Shown piece after piece: positions 39,184 to 49,237 of a stretch of DNA of 64,000 nt. The position numbers and the translations under genes are program-made. Source of the DNA: Nitrosopumilus sp. (lineage in GTDB: Archaea > Thermoproteota > Nitrososphaeria > Nitrososphaerales > Nitrosopumilaceae); NCBI GenBank assembly GCA_965214775.1, contig OZ243974.1, positions 2,496,001 through 2,560,000 on the forward strand. The letters run 5' to 3'. Under the pieces are notes generated by a model. That model was not told where the DNA came from and did not search any database. It saw only the letters and a program-made list of their open reading frames with translations. Positions within the stretch are counted from its first letter, which is position 1. Each line of letters begins with the position of its first letter.

Positions 39184-41112
39184 TTAACCCACACCATGAA
39201 TCTCATCCAGAATTTGGGGATTTTCCAGCGAAGACAGGTCTCCCGGATCCTCTCCCAGGAACTTTGATTTTAGCAGCCTTCTCAAAACCTTCCCGGTCCT
39301 GGTTTTTGGCAAGTCAGAGACTTGGAAGACGTGCTTTGGCCTTGCAATCTTTCCAATCTTTTCAGATACAAAGTCTGAGATCTCTTCAGTAAGATCTTCG
39401 TTTGTTTTTTGTCGATCTGCAACAAAAAATACCACGATTGCCTCGCCTGTTATATCGTCAGGTATTGCAATTGATGCGGCGTCAAATATTTTTGCATGTG
39501 AAATCACGGTGTGTTCGATTTCAGCCGTGCTCATACGGTGTCCTGAAACATTGATGACATCATCAGTCCGTCCGCGCATATACCACAGGTTATCCTCATC
39601 AACATAGACAAAATCTCCGTGGAACCAAACATTCTCAAACCGTGACCAGTAGGTTTCAACAAATCTCTTGTCATCGTTTAACAGACCGCGGGTCATTCCA
39701 GGCCAGGCGGATTTTATCACAAGATAGCCGTTTTCGTTTCTGACAGGGTTTTGATCATCATCAACTGCATCCAAATCCATGCCGGGAACGGGAATTCCGA
39801 CAGTTGACGGTTTTAATCTCATTCCAGGAAATACCGACAGCATCGCGCCGCCGATTTCAGTCCCGCCAGACAAGTTCATGATGGGAATTTTGCTATTTCC
39901 AATTTTTTCAAACAGCCACCGCCATGAATCCTCGTCAAGCGGCTCTCCGGTGGTAGGAATGCCTCTAATTTTGCCTAAGGAATATTTTTTGAGGGGCTCT
40001 TTGTTATTTCTCTTAAACAGTCTTGCTGCTGTGGGAGAAGTTCCAAAGATGGTTGCCTGAAAATCAGACAGTATCCTCCAAATACGCTCTGAATCCGGAT
40101 GATCTAACGCGCCGTCATAAATCACAGAGCTGGCCCCCACGATCAACAATCCATAGACGTTCCATACCAGTCCCGTAATCCATCCGATGTCAGCCGGCCA
40201 AAACAACACGTCATTTGGGCGCAAGTCTATCAGATATGCCGCCTGATGGCCTGCAAAAACCGAAAAACCGCCATGAGTATGAACTACTCCCTTGGGTTTT
40301 CCGGTAGTTCCCGAAGTATACAAAACAAACAATGGATCCTCAGAATCCATTATTTCTGTAGGGCAGATCTCAGACTGGGACGAAACCAGTTCGGAGTAAA
40401 AAACCAGCCTGTCAGATTTTTCATACGAATCGACATTTTTGTAGTTTACAACGATGGTTTTTTCCACTGACGTGCCATCAAGTGCCTTGCTTACTGCCTG
40501 CTTTTGGGAAATCGGCTTTCCCTTTCTGCAGAATCCATCTGAAACGAGCAGAATTTTGGCCTTGCAGTCTTTTAATCGTACGTGCAGCGACTCTGCGCCG
40601 TATCCAGAAAAGATCACGGTTTGGATTGCGCCAATTTTAGCTGAAGCCAGTATTGTCACGATTGCCTCCTTGATCATTGGCAGGTATATCGCAACAACGT
40701 CGCCGCGTTTTATGCCGAGGGATTTTAAGCCGTTTGCCATCCTGGAAACTTGCCGATCAAGCTGCAAATAAGTCAAATTCTTGACGGTGTTATCCTCAGA
40801 GACAAAACGATACGCTGTTTTATCAGGGGTTTTCTTGACAAATTTTTCAACAGAAGAGGAATAGATGTTGGTTTTCCCACCAACAAACCATTCAGACCAC
40901 ATTATTCCCTTTGAAGAATCCAAGACCTTTGAATAGGGAGACGTCCAAACAATTCCGACATCGTTTGAGACAGATTCCCAGTACCATTCTAAATCATCTA
41001 TTGATTTTTCAGATAGTTCGTCTAAAGAAGAGATTTTGTGCTGTTTCATGAATTTGTAAATGTTTGACTCTTTGACTTGATGTTCTGTTGGAATAAATTC
41101 AAACCTTGGCAA
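39184..41112 (-). CDS. AMP-forming acyl-CoA (acetate-CoA) synthetase family
   Basis: YTSGTTGKPKG, GRTDD..NVSGHR, PKTRTGK. Confidence 0.9.
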   Translation of the reverse strand: MPRFEFIPTEHQVKESNIYKFMKQHKISSLDELSEKSIDDLEWYWESVSNDVGIVWTSPYSKVLDSSKGIMWSEWFVGGKTNIYSSSVEKFVKKTPDKTAYRFVSEDNTVKNLTYLQLDRQVSRMANGLKSLGIKRGDVVAIYLPMIKEAIVTILASAKIGAIQTVIFSGYGAESLHVRLKDCKAKILLVSDGFCRKGKPISQKQAVSKALDGTSVEKTIVVNYKNVDSYEKSDRLVFYSELVSSQSEICPTEIMDSEDPLFVLYTSGTTGKPKGVVHTHGGFSVFAGHQAAYLIDLRPNDVLFWPADIGWITGLVWNVYGLLIVGASSVIYDGALDHPDSERIWRILSDFQATIFGTSPTAARLFKRNNKEPLKKYSLGKIRGIPTTGEPLDEDSWRWLFEKIGNSKIPIMNLSGGTEIGGAMLSVFPGMRLKPSTVGIPVPGMDLDAVDDDQNPVRNENGYLVIKSAWPGMTRGLLNDDKRFVETYWSRFENVWFHGDFVYVDEDNLWYMRGRTDDVINVSGHRMSTAEIEHTVISHAKIFDAASIAIPDDITGEAIVVFFVADRQKTNEDLTEEISDFVSEKIGKIARPKHVFQVSDLPKTRTGKVLRRLLKSKFLGEDPGDLSSLENPQILDEIHGVG

Positions 41113-41307
41113 TTGATACCTGTAGTTTATGGCAAGTAAAAAAAGTTCAGATCAAAAAATCAGTACATCCTAGATGTACTTTTGCATATCCCCCCTCCCA
41201 CCCAGCCAAGTGAAAAGTACTAAAAAATCGAGTTATGCAACAAACTAGAGAAACCAAACTATTTTATAGAAAGTTTACATATGTTAGACAGGTGTTGCTT
41301 GCCAGAT

Positions 41308-41517
41308 ATGTCCAGCATAGAAAACGAGTTTTTAGCATCCATGGAAGATGTTGAACAGTACAGGGGAAAATGGATTGCAATCTTGGACAGGGAGGTTATC
41401 GCCGCAGGCGAGGTTCTCTCTGAGGTGTACAAGGACGCTGTAAATCGTGCAAGAGGGAGGACTCCGCTGTTTGAGCATATTCCCGCAACGCTGGACAAGC
41501 AGACATTGATTCTCTGA
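41308..41517 (+). CDS. DUF5678-like small protein
   Basis: Y.GKWIAI....VIA.G..L.EV...A pattern. Confidence 0.7.
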   Translation: MSSIENEFLASMEDVEQYRGKWIAILDREVIAAGEVLSEVYKDAVNRARGRTPLFEHIPATLDKQTLIL

Positions 41518-41523
41518 CCAACT

Positions 41524-42132
41524 GTGTTTTATGGCATGGACAACCAAAATCACGGCATAGATAAAATGACGTTCGAGTACCTTATCGACTGGAATGCTGG
41601 CAAGGACGGAAAAAAAGTTCCGACAAGGCGCCCAAGAGTGGAGGTCATCCTACGAAAAAATGCCAAAGACGTGAATGATGTCGGATTCAGAACTAACGGC
41701 TTGGTGGATTCCGGTGCAGATGTCTGTTTGATTCCAAGGAGGGTAGCTGACGCACTAAAAATGGATTTGAGTCATGCAAAAAAATCAAACTCTGCCGGTG
41801 TGTAGTGCGCACATCAAAAAAACGGACTGCAGTTTTGATATGTCGTGCCTATTCTGATAAAAAATGTCCAGATTTCAACTGTGCGCACTATGGGAGGCAT
41901 CTTTGCGACCTACGAAACCAAGATACATCTTGAAATCATCCACTGCGGAATTCCGGTGGACATAGGCGTGGTGGATGTCTCAGTTCCAGAAAGGGATCCT
42001 GGAGGAACAGACTATGAACAGAACATCATCCTGGGAAGAAGTCATCTGTTCAAAAAGTATCAGATTACGTTTAATGAAAGTGACAAGACAATCCTGTTTG
42101 AAAGGGTTGAACCCCGTCGCGCATACAATTGA
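41524..42132 (+). pseudogene. Retropepsin-like aspartyl protease split by a family-C MITE
   Basis: LVDSGAD active site in the 5' half, IILGR in the 3' half; deleting 41803-41892 gives in-frame SAGVGGIF. Confidence 0.85.
41803..41890 (+). mobile_element. Family-C MITE (88 bp), 11-bp TIR, TG/TG flanks
   Basis: TG-TAGTGCGCACA ... TGTGCGCACTA-TG. Confidence 0.88.
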
Positions 42133-42139
42133 AAGCCTA

Positions 42140-43232
42140 TACTGACGATCATTGAAAATTTCGCCTGATTACACGTCTTGTGAAGGTTTATAGATCTCCG
42201 CCATGGCCCTTCTGACATGAACAAGACGAAAATCCTCACGGACGCCATGCATGTAGAAAAGGATAACAGGGTTTATACCAGAATCCTGGCGGTGCGCTCC
42301 GTACTGCTTGGCAACACCACTGCACAGACCGCAGAGATTGCCGACGTGACACAGCGTACCGTACAGATGTGGGTTGAGAGGTTTGAGCTTGACGGCGTTG
42401 ACGGTCTCCGTGACTCCCCCAACAGGGGCAAAAAGCCAAAGGTTCCAATCAACAGGATAAAAAAGATCGCCATGAGGCTGCGCAGGATGGAAAAGCTCAC
42501 CCCAAAGAAGATGCGCAACTGGGTGCGCCGCAAACTGCATGTAACATACAGCGTTGGAAGCATCAGAAGAATCCTGCGCACGATGGGATTCTCGCTAAAG
42601 ACGTCAACTACCAAGCTGGCAGATGCTGCCGACGCAAAGGAGGTAAGACGATGGCAAAGGGAGGCAAAAGACACGATTAGGCTTGCAAAAAGGCGCGGAT
42701 TCAGGATAACCGTACAGGACGAGTCGATATTCGTCAGTACGGGAAGGGACGGCAAAAAGTTCTGGTCGCCAGTGGGGGACAGAATCGAGGTGCAACGATC
42801 CGGCAGAAGGGAGCGCGTCGTGGTATACGGAACGGTTGCAGACGACGGAACCAGGCTGATGCGTACATACGACAAGTTCAACAGCATAAACTTTGTGCGT
42901 TATCTCAAGCAGGCGCGCAAAAAGTGGGGAAAGGTTCTGATTGTGATGGACAACGCAGCACAGCATAGGACCGGAAGGGTCCGCATGTACCTGGAGAAAA
43001 ATCCCGACGTTATCCTGCTGTACCTGCCGGTAGCCAGGCCGGAGCTGAGCGCCATAGAGCCAATTTAGAAGGATGCCAAGTACATACTGGTCACATCTGC
43101 CTTTTACGATTCGGCAGATCACCTCAAAAGGGATGTCTCGGAATACTTTAGGACGTGTTCCATCAAGGTTGACATCTACAAATATCTTGAGCGCCGCGTG
43201 TAATCAGGCGAAATTTTCAATGATCGTCAGTA
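42140..43232 (+). mobile_element. IS630-family element with perfect 36-bp TIRs and TA duplication (C-TA-G site)
   Basis: TACTGACGATCATTGAAAATTTCGCCTGATTACACG and its exact reverse complement at 43197-43232. Confidence 0.95.
42217..43203 (+). pseudogene. IS630 transposase with one in-frame TAG (43066-43068)
   Basis: QDES, MDNA, PELSAIEPI* motifs, then the frame stays open for 44 more codons to TAA at 43201. Confidence 0.85.
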
Positions 43233-43309
43233 TAGTCTGCTGCATAACCGTGAATGAATGCGTAAAGGCAACCAGCCTCTTCTGCCTGAAATCAGGACAG
43301 TGCAAGACT

Positions 43310-43480
43310 GTAAGAGCTGCCCCCGGGCAACGTTTCCAGTAATGGTCTTGACGACCATCTCACTCACGTTGCATCCTTGGGCGCGCCAGTTCATCGTGCA
43401 TGTCATCAGCACGGCGAACATCTCCACGTCTTTCATGGTACGGAGTCCCTGGCGCATGTTGCACACAATTAGTGGGCCTC
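43310..43480 (-). mobile_element. IS66-like transposase 3' remnant
   Basis: R.GLRT....MFA.LMTC...WR..G.NV C-terminal pattern; GTAAG terminus at 43310. Confidence 0.55.
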
Positions 43481-43482
43481 AG

Positions 43483-43626
43483 AGAGTCGGTTCAAAATTA
43501 GCAAACTCTGGATAACTGTGAACGAATTTGCATAATGCAGCTCAAAATATCAGCAAAATGCAAATTATTATCCATCTACGAGATCACTTGAAAAATTCAG
43601 GAGGTTCCTAATTTCGGATCATCCCT
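43483..43626. mobile_element. Family-A MITE (short type); an extra right end lies at ~43669-43692
   Basis: AGAGTCGGTTCAAAATTAG ... CTAATTTCGGATCATCCCT. Confidence 0.8.
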
Positions 43627-43757
43627 CTGAAGAAGGTCTGCAGCAGGACAGTTGCGGACTGGACACCCGGTTCCTAATTTCGGATCATCCTCGGACTATG
43701 GCGTGGGCGTTTTTATCATACGTTTGACCACCGCCACTAATGATGATAATTCAGTCA

Positions 43758-45164
43758 TTAGACCCCGATCCCTTTTTTGAGCAGATCAAGCGTCAGTTTG
43801 GGATCTGCCTTTCCTCTGGTTTTCTTCATTACCTTGCCAACCAAAAAATTGATGGTCTGGGGATTGGATTTTGCCTGTCTTACTGCCTGGGACTCCTCAG
43901 AAACCACTTGTTGGATGATCCTGGCCAACTCTGACTCATCAGACACGTTTCCCAGATCCAATTCCGAGACTATCTGAGGCAGCTCCTTTCCCGTTTTGAC
44001 AATCTCATACAATGCGTTTTTTGCAGAGTTTCTTGAAATCCTGTTTGACTGGATTGCCTCTGCCAAATCTTTGAGGTGTTTTGGCGCAATCTTGGATTCC
44101 TTTCTTTTTTCTCTTGTATCAACCAGCCCCATCAGATCAGTCGTGATGATATTTGCAATCTCCCTTGCAGTGGATTCTGAATGGGATTCCTCAAACAAGT
44201 CCGAATAAAATTTGTCAGAAGACAAAACGTCTGCTACTTGTGGCGGAATACCATACTTTGAGACATACCTCTCTTTTTTGGATAATATGCTTTCAGGCAT
44301 TTCGGATTTTAGTTTTTCACGGACTTTAGGCTCGATTGCAACCCATGGAATGTCCCCTTCTAAAAAGTATCTATAGTCCAGTTCCTCCTCTTTTGAGCGA
44401 GACGGTACCGTGATTCTTCTTTTGTCGTCCCAGTGCCTTGTCTCTTGTGCAATCTCAATGCCCCTTGAATGCAGGCTTTGCTGTCTGGTGATCTCAAAAT
44501 GCACCGCCTTTTCCAGATCATGGAAAGAACCAATGTTTTTGATTTCAACCCTTTTGCCGCCCTCGATTGAGACATTTGCATCGGCCCTCATCGCACCTTC
44601 CAGACTGGGATCAGATACGCCTAGGTTTTCCAGCAGGTCAGACAAGATATTCAAAAACTCCCTAACCTGCCTTGGTCCCTCAAAATCAGGTTCTGTAACA
44701 ATTTCAACCAGAGGGGTGCCTGCCCGATTGTAATCGACCAGGGTGATCTGATTTTTCGACGAGCTTCCCTCGTAAATCAGGCGTCCCGGGTCTTCCTCAA
44801 GTTGGATTCTGGCAATCCTGATCTTTTTGTCTCCTGCAATTACAGAGCCGGGGCCGCCTACACTGGTGTTGCCATAGAGGTTCAGCTGGGTGATTTGGAA
44901 GTTTTTTGGCAAGTCCGGATAAAAGTAATTTTTTCTAAAAAAGGCAATCTTTTCAGGAGTGCTGCAGTTTAGGGCCATTGCAATCATGGTTGCCTTTTTT
45001 ACCGCCTCCTGGTTCAATCTCGGCAAGCTTCCAGGCAGCCCCATGCATACAGGACAGATATTCTCGTTGATTTCAAGCCCCCTGTAGTTTGCCTTGCACG
45101 GGCAAAACAGCTTGCTTTGAAGGTTTGTCAGCTGGCAGTGAATCTCCAAGCCGATCTTTGTCAT
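43758..45164 (-). CDS. gatB: Asp/Glu-tRNA amidotransferase subunit B
   Basis: IGLEIH.QL, RKNYFYPDLPK, DYNRAGTPLVEIVTEPD. Confidence 0.96.
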   Translation of the reverse strand: MTKIGLEIHCQLTNLQSKLFCPCKANYRGLEINENICPVCMGLPGSLPRLNQEAVKKATMIAMALNCSTPEKIAFFRKNYFYPDLPKNFQITQLNLYGNTSVGGPGSVIAGDKKIRIARIQLEEDPGRLIYEGSSSKNQITLVDYNRAGTPLVEIVTEPDFEGPRQVREFLNILSDLLENLGVSDPSLEGAMRADANVSIEGGKRVEIKNIGSFHDLEKAVHFEITRQQSLHSRGIEIAQETRHWDDKRRITVPSRSKEEELDYRYFLEGDIPWVAIEPKVREKLKSEMPESILSKKERYVSKYGIPPQVADVLSSDKFYSDLFEESHSESTAREIANIITTDLMGLVDTREKRKESKIAPKHLKDLAEAIQSNRISRNSAKNALYEIVKTGKELPQIVSELDLGNVSDESELARIIQQVVSEESQAVRQAKSNPQTINFLVGKVMKKTRGKADPKLTLDLLKKGIGV

Positions 45165-46636
45165 AGGGGCGGCGCCTCCGGAAGCCGTACTGTCTGCTCT
45201 AGCGCATATGCTGCCTGCAACAGCATTTTGTCACCCATGGAGTCTGCCATTAACTGGATTCCAACTGGCAGTCCGTTTGAAACTGCAAACGGCACAGATA
45301 TCGCAGGCTTTCCAGTAAGGTTTGCAGTGACAGTATTGATGTCAACGCAAAACAGCGCGACAGGATCATTGATCTTCTCGCCTATCCTAAACGGCAGAAT
45401 TGGGACAGTTGGCGCAATTAACAGGTCATATTTTTTGAATGCCTCATCAACCTCCCTTGTCAGCTTGCTTTTGACCTTTAGTGCCTTGAGAAAGTATTTT
45501 CCAGCATGCCCGGCAGACGGAACAAACCCGCCCAGGATTATTCGTCTTGTCACTTCGGGACCGAACTTTTTTCTTGCCTTTTGGATGTAGGAATTAAACT
45601 CGTATCCCTCCACTGGAAAGTCATACCCATATAGCAGGTTGTCGTACCTTGCAAGGTTGCTTCCGGCTTCAGTTGCAGTTATGGTATAGTATGCGGCCAC
45701 AGAATATTTGACCATGTCAAGTGAAACCTCTTCACATGCTGCACCCAGGCCTTCGAGTTTTGAGACGGCGTCTTTTGTTGCAGACAGCACTGCCGGGTCG
45801 GTCCCCTCTGCAGTCATCTCCTTGATGATTCCTATCCTTTTGCCTTCGATGCCGTCCTCTATATCCCCCAAATAGTCCTCGTTATGGTTGTCCACAGTGG
45901 TGTTGTCGTTAGGATCAGGGCCTGCAATCAGGTTTAGCAAGAACGCAGCGTCCTTTACGGTTCTAGTCAGCGGCCCTATCTGCTCTATGCTGTTGGCATA
46001 CGAGATCAACCCAAACCTGCTAACCAGCCCATAAGTCGGCTTGTAGCCCACACATCCGCAAAAACTGGCTGGATTTCTAACAGAGCCACCCGTGTCAGAA
46101 CCCAAAGACGCAACACATTCAAAGGCACCGACAGATGCAGCACTCCCGCCAGACGAGCCTCCCGGAGTGTATCTGGCGTTCCACGGGTTTTTACTGGGGC
46201 CAAACGCGCTAAATTCAGTAGTCAGCCCCATGGCAAACTCGTCCATGTTTGTCTTTCCGATAAAAATCGCATCTCCCTGCTTTAATTTCGAGATGACTGT
46301 GGCATCATATGGCGCAACAAAATTCTCCAGCATCCGTGATGCGCACGTAGTTGCACTGTTCTTGATACAGATGTTGTCCTTGACTGAGACGGGCATGCCA
46401 AAGCAGGCGCCTACCTTGTCTCCGGATTTTATTCTTCTGTCGATCTCTCTTGCCCGGCTTACCGCACCGTCACCATCATCATCACCATCATCACCATTAT
46501 TTACGGAAAGAAAGGCGTGTATCTTGCCATCTACGGATTTTATTCTGTCCAGTGTTGCAGAGACAAAATCCTCGGCAGAAATATTTCCGTTTTGCACTTC
46601 CTGCACGTATTCCAAGGCAGAGATTTTTAGGTTCAT
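45161..46636 (-). CDS. gatA: Amidotransferase subunit A
   Basis: KDNI, GKTNMDEFAMG, GGSSGGS, GSDTGGSVR. Confidence 0.96.
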   Translation of the reverse strand: MNLKISALEYVQEVQNGNISAEDFVSATLDRIKSVDGKIHAFLSVNNGDDGDDDGDGAVSRAREIDRRIKSGDKVGACFGMPVSVKDNICIKNSATTCASRMLENFVAPYDATVISKLKQGDAIFIGKTNMDEFAMGLTTEFSAFGPSKNPWNARYTPGGSSGGSAASVGAFECVASLGSDTGGSVRNPASFCGCVGYKPTYGLVSRFGLISYANSIEQIGPLTRTVKDAAFLLNLIAGPDPNDNTTVDNHNEDYLGDIEDGIEGKRIGIIKEMTAEGTDPAVLSATKDAVSKLEGLGAACEEVSLDMVKYSVAAYYTITATEAGSNLARYDNLLYGYDFPVEGYEFNSYIQKARKKFGPEVTRRIILGGFVPSAGHAGKYFLKALKVKSKLTREVDEAFKKYDLLIAPTVPILPFRIGEKINDPVALFCVDINTVTANLTGKPAISVPFAVSNGLPVGIQLMADSMGDKMLLQAAYALEQTVRLPEAPPL

Positions 46637-46902
46637 CAGGACATCTTTGGGGCTCTCACGTGCGTTCCCTTGCAATGATTCAGCCTCTCAATCAGCCTTT
46701 CATCAAAAGGGATGTGCTTGTCGCCTCGCAGACTGGAGATTGAAATCTCTTGGGTGTCAATCCCTTGATCCTCGAGACCTGCAGAATCTAAAATATCAAA
46801 ATAGTCAATCATGGCGTGAACCTTGTCCACGTACTCTTTATGATCTGCAACCTCGATTTTCATCAACCTGGCAACTTTCTCAATCTCTTCTTTGGTAACC
46901 AT
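46636..46902 (-). CDS. gatC: Amidotransferase subunit C
   Basis: Size, EEIEKVA.L, LR.D, and position between aspS and gatA. Confidence 0.85.
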   Translation of the reverse strand: MVTKEEIEKVARLMKIEVADHKEYVDKVHAMIDYFDILDSAGLEDQGIDTQEISISSLRGDKHIPFDERLIERLNHCKGTHVRAPKMS

Positions 46903-46914
46903 CCACTACAACAC

Positions 46915-48225
46915 CTATGGCGTTAACCTGTCAATGTCCCTTGGATAAAATGTTACGTCCCGAATGTTTTCTGTGCCTGTAATGGCCATAATCAGCCTCT
47001 CAAGGCCGATTCCGCACCCTGCATGAGGCGGAACGCCATAATCAAACGCTCCAAGGTGATACTCAAAGTCATCGGAGTTCATTCCCTTTTTCTTCATTCT
47101 CTCTGCCAGCTCTTCCCTTTTTTCAATTCTTGTGCTGCCAGATGAGAGTTCCAGATCACCGAACATCAGGTCAAAGGATTCGGAGACTTTGGGGTCCGAC
47201 TTGCTGTCTTTTACATAGAATGGTTTTGGGGCAAGCGGCCAGTCTTTGATGAAATAAAACCCTTCAAGGCCAATCTTTTTGAGGTTTGACGGATAAAGAT
47301 CATCGCCCCATTCTGTTTTTGCACCTGCCTTTTGCATCTTGTCTACCAGATCACCGTAGGAATGTCTGGGAATTGACTCTGGAATTTCAGGAACGGCAAA
47401 TTCGGCATCAGGATTTTCTTTGACATAGTCTTGCACGGTTCTTGTCGAGGTTTTTATGATGTCCTCGGTTCTTTGCATTACGTCGTTATAGTCAACAAAG
47501 GCCTCCTCCAAATCAATCGAGATTGCCTCTGCCAGGTGTCGGTTGGTTCTTGAGGGCTCTGCCCTGAAGATGGGCGCAATTTCAAAGACTTTTTCAAAAC
47601 TCATTGTCAGTTGCTCCTTGTATAATTGCGGACTCTGGGCCAAGAATGCCTCCTTGTTGTAGTAAAATATCGGAAACAGCGCAGCCCCGCCTTCAGTAGC
47701 AGTGGCAATGATTTTGGGCGTGTTGATTTCGGTAAACTGCTGCCTGCCAAAGTAGTCTCTGACTGATTTTAAGACAAGGCTTCGGGCATTAAAGATATGC
47801 TGCAGGGCCTTGCGCCGCAAATCAATGGGCCTTGCCTCGAGTCGGGTATCGATGTTTTTCACGCTTTTTGCCACAGCTTCAAAAGGCGGAATCTTTTCAA
47901 CCTCGGAGAATACGCGAAGTTCTGCCGGGATGATCTCGTATCCCACAGGGGATTTTACAGAGGACTTTGCCCTGCCAATGACGGCAATAGAAGAGTGTGA
48001 TTTTAGAGAGGAAATTTTTTGGCGAACATCGTCAGGACAGTCCCCTTTCTTGGCCACAATTGGCAAATCGCCATACTTGTCTCTGATTGTTGCAAAACTG
48101 ATGTTTCCGTGCCCGCGAACGGTGAGAACCCATCCCATTACGGTGACATCCTGTCCGTCCATGTGGGAAGAAAGATCTTTGGAATAGTGAGATCTGCGCA
48201 GGGTTCCTAGTTCGGTTTCGATCAT
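46915..48225 (-). CDS. aspS: Aspartyl-tRNA synthetase (probably non-discriminating)
   Basis: LAQSPQLYK, FRAE, GIGLER; in an operon with gatCAB. Confidence 0.95.
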   Translation of the reverse strand: MIETELGTLRRSHYSKDLSSHMDGQDVTVMGWVLTVRGHGNISFATIRDKYGDLPIVAKKGDCPDDVRQKISSLKSHSSIAVIGRAKSSVKSPVGYEIIPAELRVFSEVEKIPPFEAVAKSVKNIDTRLEARPIDLRRKALQHIFNARSLVLKSVRDYFGRQQFTEINTPKIIATATEGGAALFPIFYYNKEAFLAQSPQLYKEQLTMSFEKVFEIAPIFRAEPSRTNRHLAEAISIDLEEAFVDYNDVMQRTEDIIKTSTRTVQDYVKENPDAEFAVPEIPESIPRHSYGDLVDKMQKAGAKTEWGDDLYPSNLKKIGLEGFYFIKDWPLAPKPFYVKDSKSDPKVSESFDLMFGDLELSSGSTRIEKREELAERMKKKGMNSDDFEYHLGAFDYGVPPHAGCGIGLERLIMAITGTENIRDVTFYPRDIDRLTP

Positions 48226-48405
48226 AATTTACTTATTCCATATTTCATGGTGTAATTAATTTTTATCAGAATCAGTATTGTTGTTGGACCGCAGTGCTAC
48301 CGTAATGTGTGGCCATGGAGATTTTTACTTGCCTTTTGTGCATGGCTGGCTGAAAACGCTTGTTATGCGTCTAAAACACCCACATTCGGGGGCAGACTTG
48401 CAAAT

Positions 48406-48498
48406 GTATGTGGTCACGTCCCCCTGTTGACTAGGCGTGAAAATCATAGTCATAGATGTCAATTCGTGCCTGATTGGTAGGGGTAGGTGACCTCATAC
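48406..48498. mobile_element. Family-G MITE (93 bp) with 8-bp target duplication TTGCAAAT
   Basis: GTATGTGGTCAC ... GTGACCTCATAC; TTGCAAAT at 48398-48405 and 48499-48506. Confidence 0.8.
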
Positions 48499-48782
48499 TT
48501 GCAAATTATGGCAGTTTATTGGAAGTTTTTTGGACAGCCCCTTTTCTGCCTGACCGGGGTACTTTTCATAGCTCTGTAGGCCATCAGGTGCAGTAGGCCG
48601 GACCTGCAGTGTCGGTGAGCAGGGTTACACTATTGCTGGTCGTATGCGAGTTTGTCATGATTTTACCTGTCTGCCTTCCTTCTGCCGCCTAGAGCCGTGG
48701 TGACTTTTTTTGCGCAGTTAAATTTCTGTCTATTGCAATTTTCATAATGCTTATAGCCGGTAGCTAATCCAAGCAAGATAAG

Positions 48783-48971
48783 ATGGACATACTGATTGGC
48801 TTGGTGATTGCAACGTTCATAATCACGGCAGGCTATGTCGGATATCATGCATCCCAGGCTCCCGTAGAAGCAGTAGGAAGTCACAGTATTGCAACTGAGC
48901 CTGAAACACTAGGGGATACTTTCACTGTTTTAGATCTGGAGAAGATCATAATTTCAAAAGCAATTCACTAA
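48783..48971 (+). CDS. Small single-TM protein
   Basis: Hydrophobic N-terminus. Confidence 0.55.
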   Translation: MDILIGLVIATFIITAGYVGYHASQAPVEAVGSHSIATEPETLGDTFTVLDLEKIIISKAIH

Positions 48972-48985
48972 CGCACATTACATAA

Positions 48986-49219
48986 ATGGCCTGTCTGCAT
49001 ACCATTATCGTGACTCTCTCAGACAAGGAAAGGCTTGTTGCTGTGATATCAAACGGGATTTCAGTCTTTTCGCTGTTGCAAGAAAGAAAGGAACTGCCCC
49101 AGAACGTCACCATGTATGACTTTGTTCTCAGAGTCATCCCCGAGGAACTCAAAGAGGGGCTGTCAGTTGAATTAATTGACGAGGTTTTCCAATATGTTAC
49201 ATCCGCACATGGTTCATAA
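48986..49219 (+). CDS. Hypothetical protein
   Basis: Short ORF upstream of purP. Confidence 0.6.
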   Translation: MACLHTIIVTLSDKERLVAVISNGISVFSLLQERKELPQNVTMYDFVLRVIPEELKEGLSVELIDEVFQYVTSAHGS

Positions 49220-49237
49220 AGTACAAAAATCCAGGAA

